A stretch of DNA of 62,891 nucleotides from Candidatus Woesearchaeota archaeon (GTDB lineage: Archaea; Nanobdellota; Nanobdellia; Woesearchaeales; GW2011-AR9). Every line of letters begins with the position of its first letter. The first letter of the stretch is position 1. The notes below the pieces were generated by a model, which was not told where the DNA came from, searched no databases, and saw only the letters and a program-made list of their open reading frames with translations. Positions 8,502 to 17,561 of the stretch are shown here, piece by piece. The stretch is from assembly GCA_023265685.1 (NCBI GenBank), contig JAHFSP010000004.1, positions 1-62,891 of the forward strand, given 5' to 3'. The position numbers and the translations under genes were made by a program.

Positions 8502-8831
8502 ATGGAATGTTACAACTGTGGAAAAGAAGAGTTCGTAAAGAAAAAGGTTGAATACATGCAGTTAGGTATCTCGCTGGGGAGATTTGACGCTCTTGTCTGC
8601 CCCGCATGTGGAGAAACACTCTTTGAAGGATCTGTAAGTAAACAGATAGAACGGAAAGCAAAAGATGCAGGTATCTGGGGTTTAGCTAGAAAGACCCATA
8701 TTGGAACCTCAGGTTCTTCGTTGGATGTAAAAGTACCTAAAACTATAGTTGATTTTTTAAGTCTTAAGAAAGGCCAAGAAGTAATTATTGAGCCAACAAG
8801 TAAAAATAAAATAGAAATAAGAATTGTCTGA
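8502..8831 (+). CDS. YgiT/MqsA-type zinc finger fused to AbrB/MazE DNA-binding domain (antitoxin-like)
   Basis: CYNC...CPACGE zinc finger; GTSGSSLDVKVPKTIVDFLSLKKGQEV AbrB motif; AGGTGA RBS before the ATG at 8502. Confidence 0.8.
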   Translation: MECYNCGKEEFVKKKVEYMQLGISLGRFDALVCPACGETLFEGSVSKQIERKAKDAGIWGLARKTHIGTSGSSLDVKVPKTIVDFLSLKKGQEVIIEPTSKNKIEIRIV

Positions 8832-8832
8832 T

Positions 8833-9018
8833 CTACTCTTCGTTTTCTAGTTCTTCGATGGCTTTTTCAAATTCTTGTTCGGAGATGACTTTTTTCTTCA
8901 TGAGAAGTTTGATTAACGCGTTGAGTAAAAGGGTGTTTTCATCGACAATTTCGTCGGTGGTCATTTCTTCATCGTCATCAATTTCTTCATTATCGTGGTT
9001 ATGGTTGTTTTGTGGCAT
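8833..9018 (-). CDS. Small acidic hypothetical protein
   Basis: GGAGGA RBS before the ATG at 9018; LLNALIKLLMKKKVISEQEF helical motif. Confidence 0.65.
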   Translation of the reverse strand: MPQNNHNHDNEEIDDDEEMTTDEIVDENTLLLNALIKLLMKKKVISEQEFEKAIEELENEE

Positions 9019-9099
9019 GGTATTTTCCTCCAATTGGGGACTTTTATAGGGAGTGGTTAATAAAGGTTGTTGAAGATTTGAAATCTTCACTTTTTGATC

Positions 9100-9324
9100 T
9101 TAATCTTGTACTTTAATGATTCTCATGGGGCAATTATGGGCAATATGTAATGATAATTCTTTATCGATTTCGCTGATTTTACAAATAGTGACTGCCCCTT
9201 TAGTTATACCTCCTTTTAATGTGGCTTTTGCGTCATCTGCTGAGATTTGCCAATGGATGGGGTCTTGTTCGCTACAAACATTACAACCTATACAACGTGT
9301 CCTATAATGGATAAGTGTGGGCAT
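9100..9324 (-). CDS. Ferredoxin (single-cluster type)
   Basis: CIGCNVC...CPMRII; start overlaps the end of the U32 gene. Confidence 0.8.
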   Translation of the reverse strand: MPTLIHYRTRCIGCNVCSEQDPIHWQISADDAKATLKGGITKGAVTICKISEIDKELSLHIAHNCPMRIIKVQD

Positions 9325-10561
9325 TAGTTTTTGATCTCCAAACATAGACTTTGTCATTTTTTCTCACTTTGTGTATAAATGGAAAAGTTACTAAAGAGCC
9401 TTGTGATGCTGAAATTACTTGCTGGTCATGTATACAAAGATCGATGATCTCTGCTTGTACAACGCCAGTCGTAGGTCCAGTGATAAGAACGGTCTCGCCT
9501 GTTTTTATACTGGAGGCCTCAATAATTACTTGAGCAATTTTTATTTTTGGATAATAATTATCTACTTTTCCAATGTATTTTTTTTCATGTGTAGCTTGTG
9601 AACCATACGAATTACTCCATTCACCCAATTGCTTGCCAAGGTAGTATCCTCCTTGCCAGAATCCACGATTATAAACCTGTGAAAGACGATGGGTCCAGCC
9701 TTCAATTTTTTGGGGCGTGTATGTTCCTTGCTGATACGCGTTGAGTGCTTCTTTGTACACACTAACTGTAGTGTAAACATATTCTGGTCCTTTTCCACGT
9801 CCCTCAATTTTAAAAATAGAAACGCCACTTTCTATGAGTTTGTCAATAAAACCAATGGTGCAAAGATCTTTGGGTGACATGATATATTTGTTGTCTATCA
9901 TTAATTCATCACCTGTTTCTTCGTCTGTTATTTTGTACGATCGACGACAATTTTGAAGACAGGCGCCACGGTTGGCAGAGGCATTATAGGTTGCAAGACT
10001 CATGTAACACTTTCCGGAAATTGCTACACATAGTGCACCATGGATGAAAATTTCTACCGTTACAAGCTGATGTGATGGGCCAGTTATGTTTTGATGTTTT
10101 ATTTGCTGAACTATTTTAGTGATTTGGTCTATTGTAAGCTCACGTGCTAATACAACTGTGTCGGCAAATTGTGCATAGAATTTAACTGCTTGAATATTGC
10201 TGATGTTGGCTTGTGTTGAGAGATGAACTGTGAGATTAATTGATTTGGCGTATATCATTGCTGCAATATCAGCACAGATAACAGCTGTCACTCCGGCTTT
10301 TTTTGCGGCATCACAAATACTTTGCATTAATGTGAGATCATGATCATAGAGTATGGTGTTTAATGTGAGGTAGGTTTTAATGTTGCTTTTTTTGCATTCT
10401 TTGATAATTTTTGTTAGATCTTTGATGGTGAAATTATTTGTTGCTCGCGCGCGCATGTTGAGTTGTTCGATACCAAAATATACTGCATCAGTTTTAGCCT
10501 GAATTGCTGCTGCTAGCGCTTCAAATGATCCTACTGGCGCCATAATTTCGAGTTGGTTCAT
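9302..10561 (-). CDS. Peptidase U32 family protein (TrhP/RlhA-like RNA hydroxylase)
   Basis: EIMAPVGS, HLSTQAN, VLAREL, EIFIHGALCVAISGKCYMS, NRGACLQNCRR, MSPKDL, FKIEGR; C-terminal beta-barrel. Confidence 0.92.
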   Translation of the reverse strand: MNQLEIMAPVGSFEALAAAIQAKTDAVYFGIEQLNMRARATNNFTIKDLTKIIKECKKSNIKTYLTLNTILYDHDLTLMQSICDAAKKAGVTAVICADIAAMIYAKSINLTVHLSTQANISNIQAVKFYAQFADTVVLARELTIDQITKIVQQIKHQNITGPSHQLVTVEIFIHGALCVAISGKCYMSLATYNASANRGACLQNCRRSYKITDEETGDELMIDNKYIMSPKDLCTIGFIDKLIESGVSIFKIEGRGKGPEYVYTTVSVYKEALNAYQQGTYTPQKIEGWTHRLSQVYNRGFWQGGYYLGKQLGEWSNSYGSQATHEKKYIGKVDNYYPKIKIAQVIIEASSIKTGETVLITGPTTGVVQAEIIDLCIHDQQVISASQGSLVTFPFIHKVRKNDKVYVWRSKTNAHTYPL

Positions 10562-10661
10562 TACTTGTTCATTTTAGGGATAATTTTATAATATTTTGGA
10601 TAGAAAAAGAAGTATTTTTTTGGTTACTAACTTTTTTAAATACGCTGAAAGTTGAACGATT

Positions 10662-11801
10662 ATGCTTACACTTAATAAATATCACTCTTATAACTCAAAT
10701 GATCTCTCTAAAGGGTGTGAAATGTGTGTACGTGGAGAAAAATTAGTTTTATTTGTGACTGGTGTGTGTCCGCGAAAGTGTTATTTTTGTCCTTTATCTG
10801 ATGCAAAATATGGCAAAGATGTGAGTTTTGCAAATGAACGTTCGTTGAAATCCGCACAAGATCTTGTCAAAGAGGCAGAGTTAATGGATGCCAAAGGCGC
10901 AGGTATTACAGGTGGAGACCCACTTATTAAAATTGATAGAACATTAGATTATATTAAAAATCTTAAAGAACGGTTTGGAGTGCAGTTTCATATTCATCTT
11001 TATACTTCGTTTAATCTTGTCAGTGAGAAGGTGATGCAAATGCTTTATCAAGCAGGTCTTGATGAAATTCGTTTTCATCCCGATTTAGAGAGTAAAAATT
11101 TTTGGAAAAATGTGATTATTGCACGAAAATTTCCTTGGTTGATAGGTATTGAGGTACCAATAATCCCAACTAAGAAGCAGGAATTGTGCGAAATGATTGA
11201 TTTTTTTTGTGATAAAGTTGATTTTATGAATCTTAATGAGTTAGAGAGGGCGGATAACGAGCTTTCTAAAACTGATGAGATGGGCTTTAAGTCTAAAGGT
11301 CAGTTTAGTTATGCGATACAGGGTTCAGTTGAGCTGGGATTAGAACTTATTGAATATGCGCATACAAAGAAAGCAACGCTTCCAATACATCTTTGTACGG
11401 CAAAACTTAAAGATGCCACACAACTTACAAAAAGACTAGAAAGGGAATCACATGGAATGAAACGAGATTTTGATCGAGTTGAGGATGATGGGCTTTTAGT
11501 ACGCGGGGCGTTGTATTTGCCGGAATTAGTTCCTGGATTTGGATATCGTGTGAAGTTAGCAGAAGTTGAGAAAGAACCTTTTGTTGAGCAACTTCGGGAT
11601 TTGATGAAGAAAATTCAGGACAGGGTATCTCTTAAAGAGAATGAATATTTTCTGGATATGGAGAAGCCACGGATCTTACTTGGCGTGAAGAATTTGCGTG
11701 TTCATAAAGTGTTCTTTCATTCATTGGGGCTTTTGACTGCGATTGTAAAAGAATTACCTACGGCGGATCAGTTGGAAATTGAAGTGGAGTTCTTAGCGTA
11801 A
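10662..11801 (+). CDS. Archaeal radical SAM protein (uncharacterised, COG2108-like)
   Basis: GCEMCVRGEKLVLFVTGVCPRKCYFCPLS, GITGGDP, DEIRFHP. Confidence 0.85.
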   Translation: MLTLNKYHSYNSNDLSKGCEMCVRGEKLVLFVTGVCPRKCYFCPLSDAKYGKDVSFANERSLKSAQDLVKEAELMDAKGAGITGGDPLIKIDRTLDYIKNLKERFGVQFHIHLYTSFNLVSEKVMQMLYQAGLDEIRFHPDLESKNFWKNVIIARKFPWLIGIEVPIIPTKKQELCEMIDFFCDKVDFMNLNELERADNELSKTDEMGFKSKGQFSYAIQGSVELGLELIEYAHTKKATLPIHLCTAKLKDATQLTKRLERESHGMKRDFDRVEDDGLLVRGALYLPELVPGFGYRVKLAEVEKEPFVEQLRDLMKKIQDRVSLKENEYFLDMEKPRILLGVKNLRVHKVFFHSLGLLTAIVKELPTADQLEIEVEFLA

Positions 11802-11937
11802 AATTTTGTTAATATTTTTGAAAAAGAAAGAGGCATTGTTTGCTTGTGGAAGTTTTTGATACGTGTATTCTCCTCGTTTCCGCTTTTCCATAGAGAAAAT
11901 TCCTAAGAGTGCATCTGCTAAGGCGGTAAAAAATTGA

Positions 11938-12023
11938 ACTTAACACCTATTTCACGAACTCAATGCGGGAAATAGTCTCTACTGGGGAGTTTCGCGAAAT
12001 GTTTATGCTGTGAATAGTTGTAA
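11938..12023 (+). other. attC-like imperfect inverted repeat upstream of integrase
   Basis: ACTTAAC (fits RYYYAAC) at 11938-11944; ATTTCACGAACTC (11949-11961) pairs with GAGTTTCGCGAAAT (11987-12000) with one extrahelical base. No canonical GTTRRRY at the expected position. Confidence 0.4.
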
Positions 12024-12030
12024 TGGTCTT

Positions 12031-12807
12031 ATGGATGTTGATCCAATAATTCGTTTGCAGCAGGAATTGGTCTTAAGAGGTTATTCGCCAAAAACCAAAA
12101 TGAAGTATCAAGAGGTTGTACGTAAATATCTAACCTCAAAAAATTCTGTGAGGGATTATCTTCTCTCTCAATCGAACAAAAGTAGATCAACAATAAGAGG
12201 AACGTATTTTGCGCTTCGATTCTATTATCAATATATTCTCCAGCAGGATTTCAAAGAACAAATTCCTCTAGCAAAGAAAGAACAAAAACTCCCCACTGTG
12301 TTAAGTAAGGAAGCGATTCAGAAAATGTTATCGGTAACGATACACCCCCGGCACAAACTGATCATCTGTTTACTGTATTATGCTGGTCTTAGGTTGAATG
12401 AAGTATTAAATTTAAAATGGAGTGACATTGATTTTGATCGAGTGACCATACATATCAAACAAGGCAAGGGAAGTAAAGATCGAATTGTTTTTCTTCATGA
12501 AAAGCTTAAAGAAGCACTTCTCTCTATTGGAATCAACAAGCAAGGATTAATTCTCATTTCAGAAAGAGGGAACCCCTATGATGAGCGTACGGTACAAAAA
12601 ATCATCCAAAATGCTTGTGTAAAAGCAGAAATTAAAACGAGAGCAACCCCACATACTCTACGCCACAGTTTCGCAACCCATCTTCTTGAAGCAGGTGTTG
12701 ATATTCGTTATATTCAGGAATTACTTGGGCATAAGGATTTGAAAACAACACAGATTTATACACATGTTGCAAACAAGGAGATTAAGAATTTTGCCAAGTT
12801 GCTCTAA
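12031..12807 (+). CDS. Tyrosine recombinase, integron-integrase-like/XerD-like (lacks IntI-specific insertion)
   Basis: LRGYSPKT...Y N-terminal SAM-like domain; YYAGLRLNE (R), GKGSKDR (K), HTLRHSFATHLLEAG (HxxR), LLGH, TTQIYTHV (catalytic Y). Confidence 0.92.
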   Translation: MDVDPIIRLQQELVLRGYSPKTKMKYQEVVRKYLTSKNSVRDYLLSQSNKSRSTIRGTYFALRFYYQYILQQDFKEQIPLAKKEQKLPTVLSKEAIQKMLSVTIHPRHKLIICLLYYAGLRLNEVLNLKWSDIDFDRVTIHIKQGKGSKDRIVFLHEKLKEALLSIGINKQGLILISERGNPYDERTVQKIIQNACVKAEIKTRATPHTLRHSFATHLLEAGVDIRYIQELLGHKDLKTTQIYTHVANKEIKNFAKLL

Positions 12808-12985
12808 ATTGAAGAAAAACCTAAGAGAAGTGGTGATATTACCTGGGGTTTAGATTGTGAATAGGAAAAATATTTTTGTCTAGTGACATTTTTCTCTCTG
12901 AAACTCACAAAAACTGTGGTTTTTGGCGAGGTTATCCTAGATGAAAAAAAAAGAGAATTCTAGAAAAAAGAGACTAATGAAAAAA

Positions 12986-13567
12986 TTAGAAGAAAATGTC
13001 TTCTTTAGTAAAACGTATTTTTGGTCTTGCAACATCCGCTGCATAACCGATAGGGCATAGAGCAGTCGGAACGAGGTTAGAGGGTAAATGGAGTATTTTG
13101 CTGTATTCCTCTGCGTTAAAACCCTCCATGGGGCATGAATCAAAGCCAAGATATTTAGCACCATTAATTGCATTGGCAAGAGCAAGATAGACTTGTCGCT
13201 GTGCCCAGGATTTAGCCTGTTCATGTGAGAGTGATTGAGCAAATCCTTTCATCATATCAACATAACCCTGTGCTTGTGGATCAAGCATTTTTTCTAATTT
13301 GAGAATATTATGCATGATATCGGTATTAGCACAGAATACGAGCAAGTGAGAACAGGTAGTGATTTGTGGTTGGTTCCAAGAGAATGGTGCAAGCTTTTCT
13401 TTTGTTGCATGATCAGTGATAACTTTGATTTTCCAAGGTTGGATGTTAAATGATGATGGTGCAAGACGTATTAAATCAAGTAATTCATCTATTTTTTGTT
13501 GAGGGATTGGTTTTGTATCAAAAAATTTTGTTGCAAAACGGTTCTGTACGATATCTTTGAATTCCAT
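12986..13567 (-). CDS. Nitroreductase-family NAD(P)H-dependent FMN oxidoreductase
   Basis: RFATKFFD, LAPSSFNIQPW, DSCPMEGF. Confidence 0.92.
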   Translation of the reverse strand: MEFKDIVQNRFATKFFDTKPIPQQKIDELLDLIRLAPSSFNIQPWKIKVITDHATKEKLAPFSWNQPQITTCSHLLVFCANTDIMHNILKLEKMLDPQAQGYVDMMKGFAQSLSHEQAKSWAQRQVYLALANAINGAKYLGFDSCPMEGFNAEEYSKILHLPSNLVPTALCPIGYAADVARPKIRFTKEDIFF

Positions 13568-13647
13568 AATGTTTTGGGGGTAATGTTTGTTTATAAGAAT
13601 TATGCAGATGAAGGGTGAGTGAAGATAAAGTGGGAGAGGTTGAATGA

Positions 13648-14115
13648 TTAGTTGTTTTCTGATTTTTTGACATTATTAAAAAGTTCCTTCATCGTTTTGT
13701 TGAGCAGGGGATGGTAGGTGTTGGGAGCTATTTCTAACAATGGTGCTAAAACAAATTCTCGTTCGTGGAGTAAGGGGTGGGGGAGAATGAGTGCTTTTTG
13801 ATTTATGACTTTATCTTGGTATAATAATAGGTCAAGATCAATGATGCGAGGAGCGTATTTTACAGTTCGAATTCTGCCTATTTTTTTTTCGATATCAAGA
13901 AGGAATGTTAGTAATTCTTCTGGAGATAATGTCGTTTGAACTTCAATAATTTGATTGAGATATAGTGGTTGGTCTGGGTTGTAAAGGGGTTGCGTTTCGT
14001 GGATTGAAGACGTGTTTACAATTTTACAATAAGATTGTATTAGATTGAGAGCTTGATAGAGATTTTTTTCTCTATTACCTACATTTGATCCCAATCCTAT
14101 GAAAATTCCAACCAT
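13648..14115 (-). CDS. folK: 6-hydroxymethyl-7,8-dihydropterin pyrophosphokinase (HPPK)
   Basis: IGLGSNVG, YLNQ, APRIIDLDLL, LPHPLLHEREFVLAPL. Confidence 0.95.
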   Translation of the reverse strand: MVGIFIGLGSNVGNREKNLYQALNLIQSYCKIVNTSSIHETQPLYNPDQPLYLNQIIEVQTTLSPEELLTFLLDIEKKIGRIRTVKYAPRIIDLDLLLYQDKVINQKALILPHPLLHEREFVLAPLLEIAPNTYHPLLNKTMKELFNNVKKSENN

Positions 14116-14144
14116 AAAATCGCCCCTAATATTACTTTATTATT

Positions 14145-14555
14145 TTAATGATGAATACGAGTTATATCAACAGCACAGTAGGTTACATTTTTGTGTTGCA
14201 GAGCTTGTGGTTTTTTGATGATGATTCTTACTTGAAGACATGGGAATTGTTGTAGGAGAAGTGTGGCAATGTTTTCGGCTATGGTTTCAATGAGTTTATG
14301 TTTGTGGGTTTCTACATAATTTTTAATGAGAGTGTGAACTTCTTCATAATTGATAGTTCTGGTGATAGAGTCAGTTATTGCAGCGTTTTTGATGTTAGTG
14401 TAGAGTTCAATGTCCATTGAGATCTCTTGCGAATTTTTTTGTTCATTCTTGGTAATGCCAATATGTACTTTAAATCTAGCATCGTGAAGGATTATCTTGT
14501 CGGGGATACTCTTTACTGATTCGATGTTTTTTGGGGAGATTTTATTTCCAGTCAT
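14145..14555 (-). CDS. folB: Dihydroneopterin aldolase (bacterial type)
   Basis: DKIIL...HIGIT..EQ...Q, TINYEEV, LIETIAENIA, IIIKKP. Confidence 0.9.
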   Translation of the reverse strand: MTGNKISPKNIESVKSIPDKIILHDARFKVHIGITKNEQKNSQEISMDIELYTNIKNAAITDSITRTINYEEVHTLIKNYVETHKHKLIETIAENIATLLLQQFPCLQVRIIIKKPQALQHKNVTYCAVDITRIHH

Positions 14556-14557
14556 GG

Positions 14558-16234
14558 TTAAAATAGTTTTACCATATAGGGGCCTTCTTTATGGTAGCCT
14601 AATTTATTTTTATAATATTCGCGTACACCGACGCCAGAAATGACAACCATTTTAGTTTTGCCGTTGTCACGTGCAATTTCTTCTGCTTTTTGCATGAGTC
14701 TTTGACCCCAACCACGATGTTGTACTGGTCCATCATCAGCAAGAGCAGTTGCAGTGCCATACACGTGAAGTTCTCTGATCAATGCGCTTGTTGAGGTGAT
14801 TTCTGATCGGAGGTATTGTGTTGGGAAACGGAGACGAACAAACCCGACAAGAATATCGTTTTGTGTGTCTTGTGCACTGATGAAAAATTCTGTACCACTC
14901 GATGCTTCATATTGCACAATTTTTAGTTCTACTCTATCCCAATTAACTTTACGGCCCATGGGTTCTCGACAGCGAATACAGCGACATTCAACTTTATAGT
15001 TTTCAAAGAGATATTGCCGGAAGTTGGTCATCTCGACGCCGGCTGCCCATTGTTTTGTTGGAACGTCACGTTGAATACGCATGATGCGGCAGTATTCTGG
15101 CACGATTTTTTTGAATTCGAGAATACGTTCTGCTGCTTCTTGTGCTCCTATTGGGGTGAATTTACCTTGTTCATATTGATAGTAGAGAGCAGTACCTTTA
15201 CTAACCATACAAGGATAAATTTTTAGCATGTCAGGGCGATAATCAGGATTAGTAAAGAGCTGTTTCATTCCTTCAATGTCACGCTGTTTGTCTGTGAGAG
15301 GAAGACCAGGCATGTAATGACCAGTAATTTTAAATCCGAGATCTTTGAGAACTTGAATGGAAGTTATAGTATCTTGAGCAGTGTGGCCACGATGAACATA
15401 TTTGAGAACATCATCGTACACACTTTGAATTCCTAACTCAACCCGTGTACAACCCAATTTGAGCATTTCGTTGCCGTGGTTGAATAATCCCCAATCGGGT
15501 TTGGTTTCAATACATAAACCGATACATCTCACTTTTGCAGTTTCATTGCGTTCTTGTTCGTGTTCTAGAGTGCAGGTGCCTTTGAGTGTGAGGATGTGTT
15601 GTTGAACTCGATTAGTTCGCTCTTGGTCAAGGTGTGATGACATGGGTAACTCGAAGAAGTCTTTGAATTTTTTATAGTTGAATTGGTCTTTGTCAAAGAA
15701 GAGTTCGCTAAAATCGTTGAGCGCTTTGAATGTGTATTTAATAAAATTTTCTTGATATTTTTGTTCCATTGCAGGAAATGTGCCACCTTGTACGATGATT
15801 TCTACTTTTTCAAAATTATGACCAAGTAGAAGATATTGTTCAAGACGATTAAAGACGATTAAGTAAGGGTCATAATTATTACGCATGGCGCGCATAGTGG
15901 AGGGTTCTTTACCCGTATACGACATAGGCACGTCACCAAAAAAACTTCCTGGACCACCAGGGCAATAAGTACATTTTCCATGTGGACACGGAGCTGGCGC
16001 GGTCATCATTGCTAATGGTGCAACACCGGAGATACTTCTCACAGGTTTGGTGAGAAGTTGGGATTTGACATTGTCGATTTGATCTTCGGGGATGTTAAGA
16101 AGAATTTCGATATTAGTGGGTGTGCGTTTTAGATGGTGTTTGAGAGCAAGATCTCTTTTGAGTTTACTTAGTTCAGGCTCCGTGTGTTTTTTTGTTTTGA
16201 GGTGAGTGAGGAGCTCTAGGTAAAACGCGTTCAT
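14558..16234 (-). CDS. elp3: Elp3 tRNA U34 acetyltransferase (radical SAM + GNAT)
   Basis: VRSISGVAP, PCPHGKCTYCPGG, ETKPDW, RVELGIQS, LKIYPC, RIQRD, IRELHVYG, QHRGWG. Confidence 0.96.
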   Translation of the reverse strand: MNAFYLELLTHLKTKKHTEPELSKLKRDLALKHHLKRTPTNIEILLNIPEDQIDNVKSQLLTKPVRSISGVAPLAMMTAPAPCPHGKCTYCPGGPGSFFGDVPMSYTGKEPSTMRAMRNNYDPYLIVFNRLEQYLLLGHNFEKVEIIVQGGTFPAMEQKYQENFIKYTFKALNDFSELFFDKDQFNYKKFKDFFELPMSSHLDQERTNRVQQHILTLKGTCTLEHEQERNETAKVRCIGLCIETKPDWGLFNHGNEMLKLGCTRVELGIQSVYDDVLKYVHRGHTAQDTITSIQVLKDLGFKITGHYMPGLPLTDKQRDIEGMKQLFTNPDYRPDMLKIYPCMVSKGTALYYQYEQGKFTPIGAQEAAERILEFKKIVPEYCRIMRIQRDVPTKQWAAGVEMTNFRQYLFENYKVECRCIRCREPMGRKVNWDRVELKIVQYEASSGTEFFISAQDTQNDILVGFVRLRFPTQYLRSEITSTSALIRELHVYGTATALADDGPVQHRGWGQRLMQKAEEIARDNGKTKMVVISGVGVREYYKNKLGYHKEGPYMVKLF

Positions 16235-16338
16235 GAGTTGTTGGAAGAGCAGTTTTTTAAGAATGTTATGGAGAGAATTAGATTTTTTTGTGGATTATTT
16301 TTTCTGGATTTATTCTTTTTTTCTTTATTCTCGTTTCT

Positions 16339-17469
16339 TTATTCTTTCTTACTCCTATACAAATAACCACCAATGGTGATAATGAGAATGGCGAATATTG
16401 CTAGGTTATTCCATTCAGGTGCAAGTGCAGGATTGCTTCCGATAGTAATAATACGGGTTTCTATCGAGCCTTGTGCATTTAGGTTGTTGAATGCATCAAA
16501 TGTGTGGGCGTAGCTGCCGTTGTTTAATTCGTTGGTGGTGTTTTTGGATTGGTTGATAAAAACGTACCATTGGGTTTGATTGTATCGTTCGATGTTGGAG
16601 GTGAATTCTTGGTAGATTTCTTGATTGGAAAGGCTACGGTTCCATACGTGGACCTCGTCAACGAGTCCATCGTAAAATTGTGTGCCAGCCCAGCTGTTTG
16701 TACCAAGGTAAAATGGTGCTGGATCGTCGGCCATTCTGGATACAATGGTTGCAGTGTTGTTCTCAAGATTTCCGTCGACGAACACGGAAAAGTTGCCATC
16801 AAAACGAAATGCAACATGATACCAGCGGTTGTTGCTGAGTACGCTTCGGGTGTATATATCGCCAAAGGTACTCCCGTTGCCTATGAGAAATTTAAGCTGT
16901 CCTGAACTTCCCCCACAACTCTGACCTTCATAAATTGCAAAACCTTTGGTTGTAGTAAGATCACCTTTACCAAGTATCCCTGCACAGTTTTTGGTAGTAT
17001 CACGTTTCATCCACAACGAGGCAGTGAGGTTGCGCCCTGTGAGATTAATGTTGTTGGAGATATTGAGATAGTCATCAACACCATCAAAGTCGAAGGCACT
17101 TTCATAGCGTCCAGAAAGAGTGTAATTAGTGACGTTTGTGGATACTGAGGTGAGGTTGTAAATGCTGCTGTCTGCAACGTACGAACTATTCTCAAATAAA
17201 CTACTACGGTTGTTTAAATTGAGCAAGAGAATTAACGAATGACTGTAATAATCGTAGCTAGTTGGTGATGAGGCGTTCCAACTAAACGTTAATTTTCGAA
17301 GAGCTGGCTCAACTATTGAGATGTTAATCTGAAATGTTTTGTTGATATTGAGGTAAGTATTGTGTGGGGATGTGGGGTTTTCATAGGTTATTAGGGGTGA
17401 TGCGAGAGCACTGTACGTGTAACAAAGTACTAATAGGGTGAGAACTGTCCAAAACCTCTTTTTTATCAT
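16339..17469 (-). CDS. Secreted LamG-like (concanavalin) domain surface protein with PEF-CTERM-like anchor
   Basis: Signal peptide; FDFDGVDDY, WYHVAF, GLVDEVHVWNRSLS; C-terminal PEWN + TM + RSKKE; many N-x-S/T sequons. Confidence 0.85.
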   Translation of the reverse strand: MIKKRFWTVLTLLVLCYTYSALASPLITYENPTSPHNTYLNINKTFQINISIVEPALRKLTFSWNASSPTSYDYYSHSLILLLNLNNRSSLFENSSYVADSSIYNLTSVSTNVTNYTLSGRYESAFDFDGVDDYLNISNNINLTGRNLTASLWMKRDTTKNCAGILGKGDLTTTKGFAIYEGQSCGGSSGQLKFLIGNGSTFGDIYTRSVLSNNRWYHVAFRFDGNFSVFVDGNLENNTATIVSRMADDPAPFYLGTNSWAGTQFYDGLVDEVHVWNRSLSNQEIYQEFTSNIERYNQTQWYVFINQSKNTTNELNNGSYAHTFDAFNNLNAQGSIETRIITIGSNPALAPEWNNLAIFAILIITIGGYLYRSKKE

Positions 17470-17561
17470 CTATGGATCGGATAAGCAAAATTGGTTATAT
17501 AAATATTTCTTAGATGGTCTTTTAGGAAAATCTTATTAAATCTTGGAGCAAGTAAGACCCT

